DNA from: a virus
Taxonomy: Duplodnaviria > Caudoviricetes
Length of the DNA stretch: 50,919 nt
IMG/VR virus record: IMGVR_UViG_3300020596_000031
Span: 1 to 50,919 of that record
Reading direction: 5' to 3' (one strand)
Position 1 is the stretch's first letter. The number at the start of each line of letters is the position of its first letter. The notes under the pieces are model-generated. The model did not search any database. It saw nothing but the letters and a program-made list of their open reading frames with translations, and had not been told where the DNA came from. Below, piece after piece: positions 1 to 10,700 of this stretch. The position numbers and the translations under genes are program-made.

Positions 1-1
1 G

Positions 2-388
2 TTCGCCGAGGAGGACTTCGAACTTGCCAAGAAGACCCTGGTGGAGGCATGCCGGGCGACTCGCCGCGTTCGAGCCGGGAAGGATCCAAAGACTGGGTCC
101 TACATGTACGATGATGTCCCGGATTACGCGATTCGCGTTGCCGCAGCGTGCAAAGTCGTCGAGTGGGTCGCCGGCAAACCGGTTTCGCGATCGATCACCA
201 CCACCGTACCGAGCGAGTCTGGCCAGGAATCGAGCGAGGGCTTCATGAACGCGCTCATGGCCGACCCGGAAGCGCGCGCGTCGTTGCGATCCACGTTCGA
301 TAAGTTGGTCGAAGCCGCCGAAAAGGCCAAACCGATGGAAATCGTGGTCAGTAAGCCACTTCCCGAATCTCCACCATCAACCTCGTGA
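2..388 (+). CDS. 5'-truncated protein, probable terminase small subunit
   Basis: Frame open from base 2 (FAEEDFELAKKTLVEAC...IRVAAACKVVEWVAGKP); helical, upstream of terL; function inferred from position. Confidence 0.45.
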   Translation, partial: FAEEDFELAKKTLVEACRATRRVRAGKDPKTGSYMYDDVPDYAIRVAAACKVVEWVAGKPVSRSITTTVPSESGQESSEGFMNALMADPEARASLRSTFDKLVEAAEKAKPMEIVVSKPLPESPPSTS

Positions 389-428
389 GTCCTAATCGCG
401 TGGTTCTCATAGGGGAGAACCGTCTTCT

Positions 429-448
429 TTGTCTAAATCTTGTCTAAA
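429..448 (-). repeat. Inverted remote copy of the attP-flanking repeat (GACAAGATTTAGACAA)
   Basis: 429..444 TTGTCTAAATCTTGTC is the exact reverse complement of 37249..37264. Confidence 0.75.
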
Positions 449-745
449 ATGAGCTTCGATCCCGAGAAAACTTTCATCCTGTCCGAGAACGACAAGGGCA
501 ACAACCCAGCTCGGCCCGACTACCGCGGGTCATTCACCCTCGACGGCAAGACCTACGAGTTGGCCGGCTGGACGAAGAGCAGGAAGTCGGACGGACGCCC
601 ATTTATCAGCGGATCGGTGAAGTTGCAGGCACCGAAAGCGGATCCGGGTGCGTATCGACCAGCGGAAGGGGCGACGCCGTCACCTCGGCCTGCACGTGCG
701 ACGCCATCACCCAAGGTCGATGACGATGATGACATCCCGTTCTGA
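449..745 (+). CDS. ssDNA-binding protein-like (DUF736-like) with acidic DDDDDIPF tail
   Basis: PDYRG...ELAGW...FISGSV pattern, Pro/Ala linker, SSB-type C-terminal tail; ATG at 449. Confidence 0.7.
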   Translation: MSFDPEKTFILSENDKGNNPARPDYRGSFTLDGKTYELAGWTKSRKSDGRPFISGSVKLQAPKADPGAYRPAEGATPSPRPARATPSPKVDDDDDIPF

Positions 746-769
746 CTTCATCATTTTCCAGCCGTATCC

Positions 770-925
770 ACGCCCTGCATACCCCCCCCACGCCCCTTTT
801 TTCGCGTTCCCGTAGCGGGCGGAGTGGCTGTCGAGAATACAAACATCCCTCCCCCCCGTTCATCCTGATTAAAATTCCAAAAATCTGCCAAAAAATCTGA
901 GTAAAAAATCCCAACAAAAAACCTA
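770..925. other. Putative packaging initiation / genome terminus region
   Basis: Poly-C runs (782-789, 851-857) followed by repeated AAAAATC A-tracts (879, 891, 904); strand composition switches to strongly G-rich immediately downstream; lies between terS and terL. Confidence 0.45.
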
Positions 926-1503
926 TGAAACGAACGACATTTTTAATGGTGGTGGTAGCGGCGTGTGTGGGGCCAATGGCTAAAGCGTTTAATTTTCGGA
1001 AGGGGAAGCTTCGAGGAGGGGACAAGGTGGATTTTATTGAAAGAGGTTTAACGATACGGGGAGGGAGGTCGTATGTATCGTTTGGGGTGCAGTTAATTAA
1101 AGGGAATTGGGATATTGAGCGATACGCCGTGGCGTTTGAAATACACAATGAGACGCGGGAAACGGCGGTGGCCAAGTATCGGCGATTGGCGGATGCGATT
1201 GAGACAGGAGAGGGGGCGGTGTTTGGCTTTAGCGTATTAAGTGGGAGCGAGATCAATGCTGGGGAGATTCCCGGGATAGACGCGAGGCAACCGGACGCGG
1301 AGGAAGAATATCTAGCGGGAGGGTTTGGATCGAAGCGGATGGTTAAGATTCGGTACGCGGACATGGGGAGGTCGGAGAGAGAGGATGGGGCGATTATGGA
1401 GACGGAGATACCGACAATCCGTGGTCATGCGAAGATCACATACAGGTCGGAGGCGGGTAGGTGGGAGTTCAAGTCGTACGAGCAGTGTGAGAAGTGTGAG
1501 TAA
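925..1503 (+). CDS. Hypothetical protein with signal-peptide-like N-terminus
   Basis: 192-aa ORF; MKRTTFLMVVVAACVGPMAKA has basic n-region, hydrophobic core and AxA site. Confidence 0.55.
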   Translation: MKRTTFLMVVVAACVGPMAKAFNFRKGKLRGGDKVDFIERGLTIRGGRSYVSFGVQLIKGNWDIERYAVAFEIHNETRETAVAKYRRLADAIETGEGAVFGFSVLSGSEINAGEIPGIDARQPDAEEEYLAGGFGSKRMVKIRYADMGRSEREDGAIMETEIPTIRGHAKITYRSEAGRWEFKSYEQCEKCE

Positions 1504-1518
1504 AGTGCTGAGGCGCGG

Positions 1519-1737
1519 GTGACTGCATTGTTGAACCGCGGGGTGTTTGATACCCGGGAGTGCGACCGGGTGCTTGCGGTCCTGGAGGAGAACGGGAGTT
1601 ATGCGGCCCGCGGGTTTATGAAGCCGGAAGGGATTGTATGCTTTCACACGGCGGCGCAGGTGGGCTTCAAGAAGACGCTGAAGGACGACGGGGTTCCGAA
1701 GTCGCTTCAGGGCCCCAATGCAACCTCTTCCCAGTAG
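1519..1737 (+). CDS. Hypothetical protein
   Basis: 72-aa ORF filling the gap before terL, same G-rich codon bias. Confidence 0.5.
   Translation: MTALLNRGVFDTRECDRVLAVLEENGSYAARGFMKPEGIVCFHTAAQVGFKKTLKDDGVPKSLQGPNATSSQ
1717..1729 (+). promoter_or_regulatory. Late-gene upstream motif copy 1 (AATGCAACCT)
   Basis: 48 nt upstream of terL ATG; the motif recurs before four other late genes. Confidence 0.65.
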
Positions 1738-1764
1738 GATGCCTGTTGCCGTGGATGAGGGGCG

Positions 1765-3507
1765 ATGGACCCCATATTACGAGCGGCGACGTTGGACTGT
1801 GAGTTCTGGCTGAGGAATTGTGCGCAGATTCGGAAGAAGGATGGGTCGATCGAAAAGAAGATGAGGCCGAACACGCTGCAGGTGCGGGTGCTGGAGTATT
1901 ACCGGCAGTGCCAGTTGGAGAAGAAGCCGTGTTTGATAATGATCTTGAAGCCTCGGCAGAAGGGGGCGTCAACGATCGCGGAGGCGGTGATTTATCATCA
2001 CATGCGGACGCATCCTGGGTTGTCGGGGTCGCTGATGGGGGATATTGCGGCGACGTCGGACAAGGTGTTTGAAATGTTCCGGAGGTATTACGAGAACGAC
2101 CCGTATCCGTGGAATCAGGGGGCGATCGATGCGGATTTGAACCTGGCGGACGAGATCACGCTGCCGAACGGGTCGAAGTGGTACAAGGAGACGGCGGGGA
2201 GTACGAATGCTGGGCGGGGAGGAACGGTGCAGGTGGCGCACATGGACGAGGTGGGGTTTTTCCAGACGACGGTATCGAAGGATCCGACGACTTCGTATTT
2301 GGGGAGTTTCTACAAGGAGGGGCCAATGTCGCTGGGGTTTGCGACGTCGACGGCGAACGGGTGCTCGGGTTGGTTTTACGATACGTGGAACCAGACGGAC
2401 AACGGGTGGTTTAAGATTTTCGCGGCGTGGTTCGAATTTGAGGACTCGCAGATGGCGTTTGTGAGTGGGGAGGAACGGAGGATATTCGAGAAGAGCTTGA
2501 AGCAGGACGAGCTGAAGGAGCGGGAGATTTACAATGTCACGCTGGAGCAGTTGAAGTGGAGGCGGCACATCATCAACACGGACTACCGGGGGGATGCGGC
2601 GAAGTTTGCCGTTGAGATGCCCAGTGACGCGCAGACATGTTTTATGCTTTCTAGCCGGCCACGGTTCGATACTGCTGCGATCAAGAACATGATTGCGGCG
2701 GCGGGGAGTAACGATGCGCGGCAGACGGGGAATTTGGTCATCCAGGGGGATAAATCGGCGATGTGGATACCGGATCCGGGTGGCGGGTCGGTGCATCGGA
2801 TGGAGGAGCCGATCATCGGTTGCCGTTATTTGGTGTCGGTCGACACGTGCACGGGGAAGGACCAGCAGTTGGGCGGGCACACATCAAATCCAGACTGGCA
2901 CGACGTGCAGGTGTGGCGGCAGGGCTATATCGATCCGGGCACGCAGACGCAGAGAAATCCGATGTTGGTGGCGTGGCACAGGAGCCAGGTGGACACGGAT
3001 GTCTTGGCGGAAATTGTTGCGTCGTTGAGTTTCTATTACGGGAAGTGCCTGGCGGTGCCGGAGGTGAACGGGATGGGCGGGCTTCATGTCGTGAAGCTGC
3101 TCGTGCGGTACGGGGTGCCGGTGTTTAGGAGGAAGCCGCACACGCAGGCAAAGAAAAAGACGGAGGAGGAGGAGTTGGAGGCGTTTGGGTGGCAGACGGA
3201 CATATTGACGCGGAAATGGATAATCGAGGCGTTGGTGCCGTTGGTGCGGACGGAGAGGTTGGATATCTATTTTACGGAGGTGCTGGAGCAGTTCCGGACG
3301 TTCGTCGTCACGGACAGCGGGAAGAGCGAGGCGATGCCTGGGAAGCACGACGACAGTGTGTTGGCGGCGGCGATCGCGTTGTTTAACATCGGGGCGGCGA
3401 CGGAGTACCGGATTGCGAAGGTGCGCGGTGTGGACCTGATGCGGCTGGCGCGGGACCCGACCTACATGAGCCCTTCCGGGTTCCGGCGGAAGGTTGGAGT
3501 CGGCTGA
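1765..3507 (+). CDS. terL: Terminase large subunit
   Basis: Walker A KPRQKGAST, Walker B VAHMDEVGF, STANG coupling motif, RNase H-like nuclease motifs VSVD, PEVNG, GKHDDSV. Confidence 0.95.
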   Translation: MDPILRAATLDCEFWLRNCAQIRKKDGSIEKKMRPNTLQVRVLEYYRQCQLEKKPCLIMILKPRQKGASTIAEAVIYHHMRTHPGLSGSLMGDIAATSDKVFEMFRRYYENDPYPWNQGAIDADLNLADEITLPNGSKWYKETAGSTNAGRGGTVQVAHMDEVGFFQTTVSKDPTTSYLGSFYKEGPMSLGFATSTANGCSGWFYDTWNQTDNGWFKIFAAWFEFEDSQMAFVSGEERRIFEKSLKQDELKEREIYNVTLEQLKWRRHIINTDYRGDAAKFAVEMPSDAQTCFMLSSRPRFDTAAIKNMIAAAGSNDARQTGNLVIQGDKSAMWIPDPGGGSVHRMEEPIIGCRYLVSVDTCTGKDQQLGGHTSNPDWHDVQVWRQGYIDPGTQTQRNPMLVAWHRSQVDTDVLAEIVASLSFYYGKCLAVPEVNGMGGLHVVKLLVRYGVPVFRRKPHTQAKKKTEEEELEAFGWQTDILTRKWIIEALVPLVRTERLDIYFTEVLEQFRTFVVTDSGKSEAMPGKHDDSVLAAAIALFNIGAATEYRIAKVRGVDLMRLARDPTYMSPSGFRRKVGVG

Positions 3508-3508
3508 T

Positions 3509-3521
3509 AATGCAACCTCTC
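3509..3521 (+). promoter_or_regulatory. Late-gene upstream motif copy 2 (AATGCAACCTCTC)
   Basis: 47 nt upstream of ATG 3556. Confidence 0.65.
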
Positions 3522-3555
3522 GCGGCGGAGTGGGGGAGCGGCGGACCTTGGATGC

Positions 3556-4737
3556 ATGAGCTCTCCTGTCCTCGACGCGCCCGACCAGCAAATTCAGATG
3601 ATTATGATGAAGATGTTTCTGGGGGAGAGGCTGACGACCCAGGAGCGAAGCAGGTGGGCGAATCGTCAGCATGTGGAGCGCCAGGTGTTAAAAGAAGGGG
3701 GATCGATGAAGGCAACGGCAACCCCGAACGAATCTCCAGAGGAGGCGGGGATGCGCGAGACCAACGAGGCCATGCAGTATTTAGTCGGGCGGGAGAAGGC
3801 GTTAGCTGGCGGCGGTCAGCGCGGCGGGCCCACGGCGCAGCAGCCGGCGAATCCGCGGATGCGCAAGGGATCGGGCGTCAAGGATGACGGCACGGCTTAC
3901 GGCAAGAATTACGGGAGCGACTACGTCCCGGGCGGCAGCAACCAGTTTGCGGATTCGATGGCTGCTTTTCGAAAGAGCATGGACCGGGTGAACGCGGGCA
4001 ACATGTCCGGGTTTCAGATTTCGCGGGGCGGTTCGGCAATGGATAATCCGGGTGGCGTTCGCGGGCGGATGCAGCCGACGGACGCAGAGAAGGCGGCGGG
4101 TATGTCCGTCGATTACGAGCCGGAGGCTGGCGTACCGGACGGAAGCGGCTATGCGCAGGGCCCTGACGGCGGGTTTATGTCGTTCGGTCCAGGCGGGGCA
4201 CGCGGTCAGTACGGCTCTCGCAAGGAGATGATGCAGGCGTTTGCGGGCCAAAGCCAGGGGCAGGCCGCGCCGGCGCCACGCAGTATCGAGGACGAGGAGG
4301 CCTATATTCGGAATGCCGGTTACGGTGATTTTCTCGACCAGATGCAGCCGGCGCCGGTCGCGAGCATCCCAATTTCCACGAGTGGGCAAAATCGTGCCAT
4401 GCTCGATGAGAGTCGAGCCCCATCAATGGAGAATCCAGCCATCCGGCCGGCTCCTCGATCGGCGGAGGACACAGGAATCACGGCGGCTCCGCGCCAAGCC
4501 CCCCGGAACACCGGCATGGACAGTTACGCCTACGATCCGAACTCGGGGAAGCCGGCGCCGGGGTGGGCACAAAACGCGATGCAGCCGAAACAGGCATCGA
4601 CTCCAATGTTTCCCAAGGCGATTTGGAACAGCCCGAGCGCGAGCAGACCGAAGCAGTTCCAGGCAACCGCAGACCGCTTCAATCCATTTTACCAATCTGG
4701 CGAAAGTAAGCGCCGCTTGTCGGTACTTTCAGACTAA
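3556..4737 (+). CDS. Low-complexity protein, probable internal virion/ejection protein
   Basis: G/A/P/Q/M-rich, likely disordered 393 aa; TAATG-coupled to the giant protein. Confidence 0.55.
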   Translation: MSSPVLDAPDQQIQMIMMKMFLGERLTTQERSRWANRQHVERQVLKEGGSMKATATPNESPEEAGMRETNEAMQYLVGREKALAGGGQRGGPTAQQPANPRMRKGSGVKDDGTAYGKNYGSDYVPGGSNQFADSMAAFRKSMDRVNAGNMSGFQISRGGSAMDNPGGVRGRMQPTDAEKAAGMSVDYEPEAGVPDGSGYAQGPDGGFMSFGPGGARGQYGSRKEMMQAFAGQSQGQAAPAPRSIEDEEAYIRNAGYGDFLDQMQPAPVASIPISTSGQNRAMLDESRAPSMENPAIRPAPRSAEDTGITAAPRQAPRNTGMDSYAYDPNSGKPAPGWAQNAMQPKQASTPMFPKAIWNSPSASRPKQFQATADRFNPFYQSGESKRRLSVLSD

Positions 4738-7700
4738 TGGCCGCTCCATTTTACAACCCCTTCGGCACCGCAAATTACTCGCGAGGCCGCGGGTCTCCGA
4801 TGGACGGCGATCCGCTTTCGCCGGGCGCTCGCCAGATCGTGAACCGCGTCAGGCAGGGCGAGGATGCTGCGATGCGGGCGGCGGCTAACTTCGACCCCAT
4901 CGACGACGAGATCAAAACGACGAACGAGCGTCGGACGAATCTCCGTCTTCAGCGCGAGGGGATGAAAAACACCCTGAGCAATTTTCTCGATACGGACGGA
5001 GCGGACATGTTCGAGCGCGATGAGTTGACGAACAAGCCGCACAAGAATCCTGACGGGTCGATGATCCCGAGGCTTGGCTTGGAGGTGGAATCACTGCGCA
5101 AGCAATCACAGCAGAAGACCGGTCTAATCGCGGGGGCGCTGTCGCCTACGAAGCAACGCGGAGATGACACGGAAGAGGCGAAGGTGGCGCAGCGGCGTTT
5201 GGCGGAGATCGAGCCCACGTACAAGCTGAAGCAGGAGAAGTACGACCGCATTCAGAAGGAGATGAAACGGATCGACGATGCCGACATTTCGCACGAGAAT
5301 CGACTGGCGGAGCTGGGTCGGATGCGCGAGGCGAGGTACACGGTTACGCCGGAGGATGTCCAGCAGGCCGTCACGCAGGTCAACACGTCGCGCGCGGCCA
5401 CCGGGCAGGCGCCAGTGTCGGCCAAGGATCTTTCGCAGGGCAAGGCCAAGACGGCGGCGCCGGGGGCGTATCCGGAAGGCGCATTCGCGACATTGTCGGA
5501 CCGCATGACCGGGCAACCCACCGGGCGCACGATCGCTCCAGAGGCGGTGCAAAAGAAGGTGCAGACCGAAGCGAAGGCGAGGAATCTAACTCCCGAGGCG
5601 GTTGAACTCGTGGAACTGACCAAGCTTCGCGACGAGGGTATTACGCATGTCGGGGGCCGCGCGATCGCAGACATGATCGCCGCAGGAGGAGGCGACGAGG
5701 CGGTGAACGCAATCCGCGGACTGGCGACCGTCGAGAATATCTCGAAGCGGATTTTGGACATCGACAACGCGCTCGCCAATGCGGGAGAGCGAGCGAGGCC
5801 TAGGCTTGAGAAAGAGCGCGCCGTGATGGAAAAGCTACGTGCGAGCAAGGCGGGCATCATCGAGTCGCTTCCCGATGCCGGGCGGGTGATTGCGGATTTC
5901 TTTGTTTCGTTCGGCAAGGGAGCCGGGTCTTTAATCAAGATGGCCGGCGATTTTTACGGGCTGGCGTCCGGCGACATGGACAATGCCGTGTCGCGCTACG
6001 GGAAAGACGTGGGGGATTTTTATCAGCCCTTCATGTCGGATCGCGGGCGGGCACTCGAAGCACAGCGGAGTCAGGCGGTCGACGCCGAGGACTCCGAACT
6101 CGGGAAGGCTTGGGCCTACGTGCGCGAGAGCGTGGCGAATCCCGAACTCCTGCCGGGACTGCTCGGCCAGAATATCGCCAACATGATTCCAGCGGGCGCG
6201 ACGGGTAATGTCGCTCGCAATGTGGCGGCTCGGGTGTTGCTGCGCAGAGCATCGACAGATGCGGCCAAAGCAGCGGCAGTAAAAACCGCAAGCCGCATTG
6301 GCGTTGGGGTCGCGGTCGGTGCGGGAGCGGTGATGCAAGGCACCGACGTCGCAGGCGATCAATACGCGGACCTCTTAGGCAGGCTGGATGCAATGCCGGA
6401 TGAACAGGCGGCCGGCATCCCCGAAATAGCCGAACTCCTGCAGCGCGGCGCCCCCATGCAGGAGGCGAAGCTCGCTCTTGCGCTAACGCAGGCTCGAACG
6501 ACCGGATTGATTTCATCCGCAATTTCTGTCGTCGCTCAAAGACTACCGGGCGGTAAAACGATCGAGCGTGCACTATCCGGCGCCGAGAATAAGGTTGGCG
6601 GTATCGTAGCAGGCGCGGCGAAAGGGTTTATTGGCGAGGCGGCATCGGAGGTGGTGGAGGAGGTTGGCGGGCAAGGTGCGAAAAACATCGGCGCGTTACC
6701 CGTCGATCCAGATCGAAAGTTTACCGAAGGATTCGGCGAAACGGGCGCGCAAGCTGCCTTGGTCGGCGGTGTGTTCGGCGGTCTCGCCGGAGCTGCGGAT
6801 CGAACGAGCACGGTGCCAGTCCCGCCCGCTCAGCCCCCAGCGCCCGGGGCACCCGGCGTTCCAGCCGCACCGGTTTCGCCTGCGACTCCTCCCGCGGCCG
6901 GGGCAACCCCGCCAGCAGGAACCACGCCCGCGGCCGAAGCCGAAGAGGCGGACGTCACGCTCGACAATCAGGCGCCGAAGTCTTTCGAGTTCACGAACGC
7001 GAAGGGCGAGACGACGATCGTCGAGGCCGTGCGCGAGAGTCAGGCGATCGCGAAGCTGCCGGCGGACTTCGGCCCGATCAAGGGCGTGAAGCGGGTTGAG
7101 CGTCCCGCCGAGAAGATGGAAGGCGAGAAGATCAATCGCGAGTGGAGTTCATTCGCGCCGGAGTCGAAGTCTCTCGGAATTCCACGCGCGGAGATGCCGC
7201 AAGTGAAGGCGGAACACCGCGGGGCCCTCACGCAATTTCTCAAGGGGCGGGACATCATTTCCGAAGATACGGAGGTCTTGCCGTCTGAGCTGAAGCCCAC
7301 GCAGGCTGAGTATTCGCCGGGCAAGGTTCAAAAGGCTCGCGAGTTCAAGGGGGGCGACCGCGCTATCTTGGTATCGTCGGACAATCATGTCGTCGACGGA
7401 CATCATCAATGGATGGCCAAGCTAACCGACGCGCCGAATGAGTACATGCGCGTCATCAAGTTCGACGCGCCGATTCGCGATGTTCTCGCGCAGATGACAG
7501 AATTCCCGAGCGTCGAAAACGCAGGGGGCGCCGCACCAAAACCAATTTCGGAGCAACCAGCCGCAGGCGGCGTCAGTGTTGCAGCCGATTCCGGGACCGT
7601 CGCAGGCAAACCGACGGTTCCAGCCATCACCACGCCGGGGGGCGCCCAAAGTCCGGAGGCCGTTGTTAGGGGTAGCGACGGGATTTCGGAGGGCGTTCCC

Positions 7701-10700
7701 CTGGCACCAATTTCGCCGGAGCCAAAGACCGATGTTGCTGACACGAATACGCCTTCCGCAGGAATAACGCCGACGGCTCCGGCGAATCCACTTTTGCCTC
7801 CGCCGGTCGCGGCGAGTGACAAGCTACGGGCACCAACTGCACCAACTCCCGCACCCGGGCCGGCGGCGGCGAAACCTCCTGCAATCGCGCGCGGCACGAA
7901 CAAGCCGCAGACGTTCGTCTCGACTGTCGCCAAGGCGGCAAACCTCAAGGCCAAGGACAAGGCCACGCGGTTCCTGACGGACTTCGCGCCGCGGTTGCAC
8001 AAGGCGAATCCTCAGGTGTTCGAGGCCATGGAGGTTCACATCCTCAACCAAGCGGAGTGGGACTCGAATCCACGCACCGGCGCCAACACGCCGAACTCTG
8101 CCGCCGCCTACGATCCCGAGACGAACACGATGTTCTTCAACTCGGACAAGTCGAAGGGCGACGACGTAGTCGATAACGTCGTACACGAAATGGGGCACTT
8201 CGCGGAGAAGTTCGCGCTTGGAGAAGAGTTCACGCAACGCGAGTGGGCGAAACTTCAGATCACGCAGCGCATCCAGGCGGACGAACAGTATAAAGGTCGG
8301 AAGCTGACGCCTGAAGAGGTCCGTGCATTCGGAGCGGGTATCGATAACAAGCGCGCCCGCTCTGAGTGGGCCACGATGCAGTTCGCCCGCGTCGTCAAAG
8401 GCGATACCGACGGAATGAGCACAGGGATGCGCGCCCGGCTTGAAAAGTTCCTGGAGCTTGCGCGCGAACTCGTGCGGAAGTGGATCGGCTCGAAATCACT
8501 CACGACCAAGGAACTCGACGCGAAGATTTTGAACGTGCTCGGGTATGCGGAGAAAGCCGACATCCACACGCTTGTCGGCAAGAACTCCGAGGGCCACGAA
8601 GTTTATCAGGACGAGCGCGGAGTGCGGCATGTCGCGCGCATTGCGGCGAATCCCGATTTGCTGATTTCAGAGCCGGTCGGGATGAGGCCTACGCGCGGCC
8701 CCAATGGCGGCATCGTGTACCAGGCCGATCCCCGCACGTCGCGGGAGCGCGAGAACACGGAGTTCGAGACGACGACCGAGAAAGGGGCGCGGACGCCGGC
8801 TCCGGTTACGACGCCTCGCGTTGCAGATACGACGCCTCGCGTTGCAGATACGACGCCAGCCGTCGCACCGAAGCCGGCCAAGGCCGTAGTCACGGCCGAG
8901 ATCAAGCCAGTGGTTACGCCAACGCCAGAGGAAGCGCCGGCAGTCGAGCCAAAGTCGCCCGAGAAGCCGGAGATTACGCCCGCGCCCGCGCCTGTGGCGG
9001 AAGCGCCGACGCCCATTGTGACGCCGACGACAGAGGGCGCGACGATCAGCGCCACACTGGCCGCAGACAAGGCCGTGGCCAAAATGGCGGATCGCAAGCA
9101 GCTAAAAGTGCAGAAGGATTTCCTCGTCAGTGCGCTGGCTGCCGCGGAGAAGGCCGCGCGCGATGAGGTGCCAATGACGCCGGAGGGACTGGTGAGACTG
9201 GAGGCCATCAACGCCGCGGAGAAGATCGTCAACGCCGGCCCAGTGACGACCGCTTCGACCGCCGAGCTCATGGGACTGGCGAAGGCCGCTGGCCTCAAAA
9301 AGTCCGAGCGAGCCAAGCCGCCCGGGGAGATCGCCGACACCCTGCGCTACCACGTCACTCGCGATCATGGCGAACACGTTACAATCGAGGTGCCGGGCGA
9401 TGGCACGTTCCGCATTCCCAATTCCAAAGGCGCGCTGGCCGCATTCCGCGCCCGCGTAGTCTCCCGGATGAACAAGGAGACAGCGGACCTTCCCTCGCCG
9501 TTCTCCGACGAGGTGAAGCCTTACGCTGCGGCGAATCCATCGTCCATCCCAGCAGTCAAGAAAAGCCCAACCAAGGACGATCTGACCGCCGCGGCCGCGA
9601 TTGCGCAGAGCCAAGACGAAACCCGTTTTATTCTTAACCGGGTTTACTCGGAAGACAGACTCTCGATCGGCACTGATGGCCAGCGTATGTTCATTGTCGC
9701 AGGCGGCGGCGGAGAAACTGCGGCGGACATAGCCAAGCTGAAGGTCAAAGATAAAAGAGCCAAAGACATAGGCAAGTTTCCAAATTGGCGCCAAGTTATT
9801 CCGAAGTGGGTCAGTGCATCGAGCGGTAAGGTTCGCGCCGATGGCAGCGCTGCGCCCAGCAAGCGCGCGATCGTGGACACCGGCGAGGCGGTAAAGGCGC
9901 TAAATCAGGTGCTGGCCATCATCGAAAAAGATGAGGCCGCAAGAAATGCCACGCGGCTATATCTGCTCGACGGCGGCAAGCTCGGTTTTTCGGCCGCGAG
10001 TCCAAAGATCGGTGACTACGCGAGTGAGGGCGTCACCGACGCCATGCTTGAAAGCATCGACGGCGGCGCCATCACGGGAGCGAATCCGATCTTTCTCCGC
10101 GATGCTTTTGTCGCTGCGCGCCTGGCCGGCCACGAACAGGTAACAGTGTACTTCGAGGATCCGTCGGTGAGTCGGAATGATCCATTCGTGATGATCGGGG
10201 GCAGTAATTTCGCGGCAGTCACCATGCCGACCAGCATGAAAGGCCCAGCTCGCACTGCGTTAACCCCGCCACCGGCGCCGGCAAAGTCTGGAACAGAGAA
10301 ACCAGTCGATGGCATGCTCGGCACGCCCGGCGTGAGCCAGACCGACACCCCTGCGTTTAAGGCGTGGTTCGGGGATAGCAAGGTGGTGGATGCGCAGGGG
10401 AAGCCGATGATGGTTTACCACGGGACCAACAATAGATTCAACGTGTTCATTGGGCGTCACCGCAATAGCGCGAATTTCGAAGAGGAAGTCGGCGCGACTT
10501 GGTTTACGCCAGATAAGGAAATGGCACGGGGTTACGCAGGCGGGCAGAAAGATCCGGTGGCGGTTTATGTAAGCATGACTAACCCTTATGTGCATGACGC
10601 GGAGGGAGGGTTCTGGATCTCTGCAAACTTCACCGCAATCAAACGCGCAAGGAAGGAAGGGCGCGATGGGGTTATCATCAAGAACGTAAGCGACATATCT

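Noticed and set aside
8807-8857. CRISPR-like or regulatory repeat
   Set aside because: Tandem, no spacers, in frame within a Pro/Thr linker
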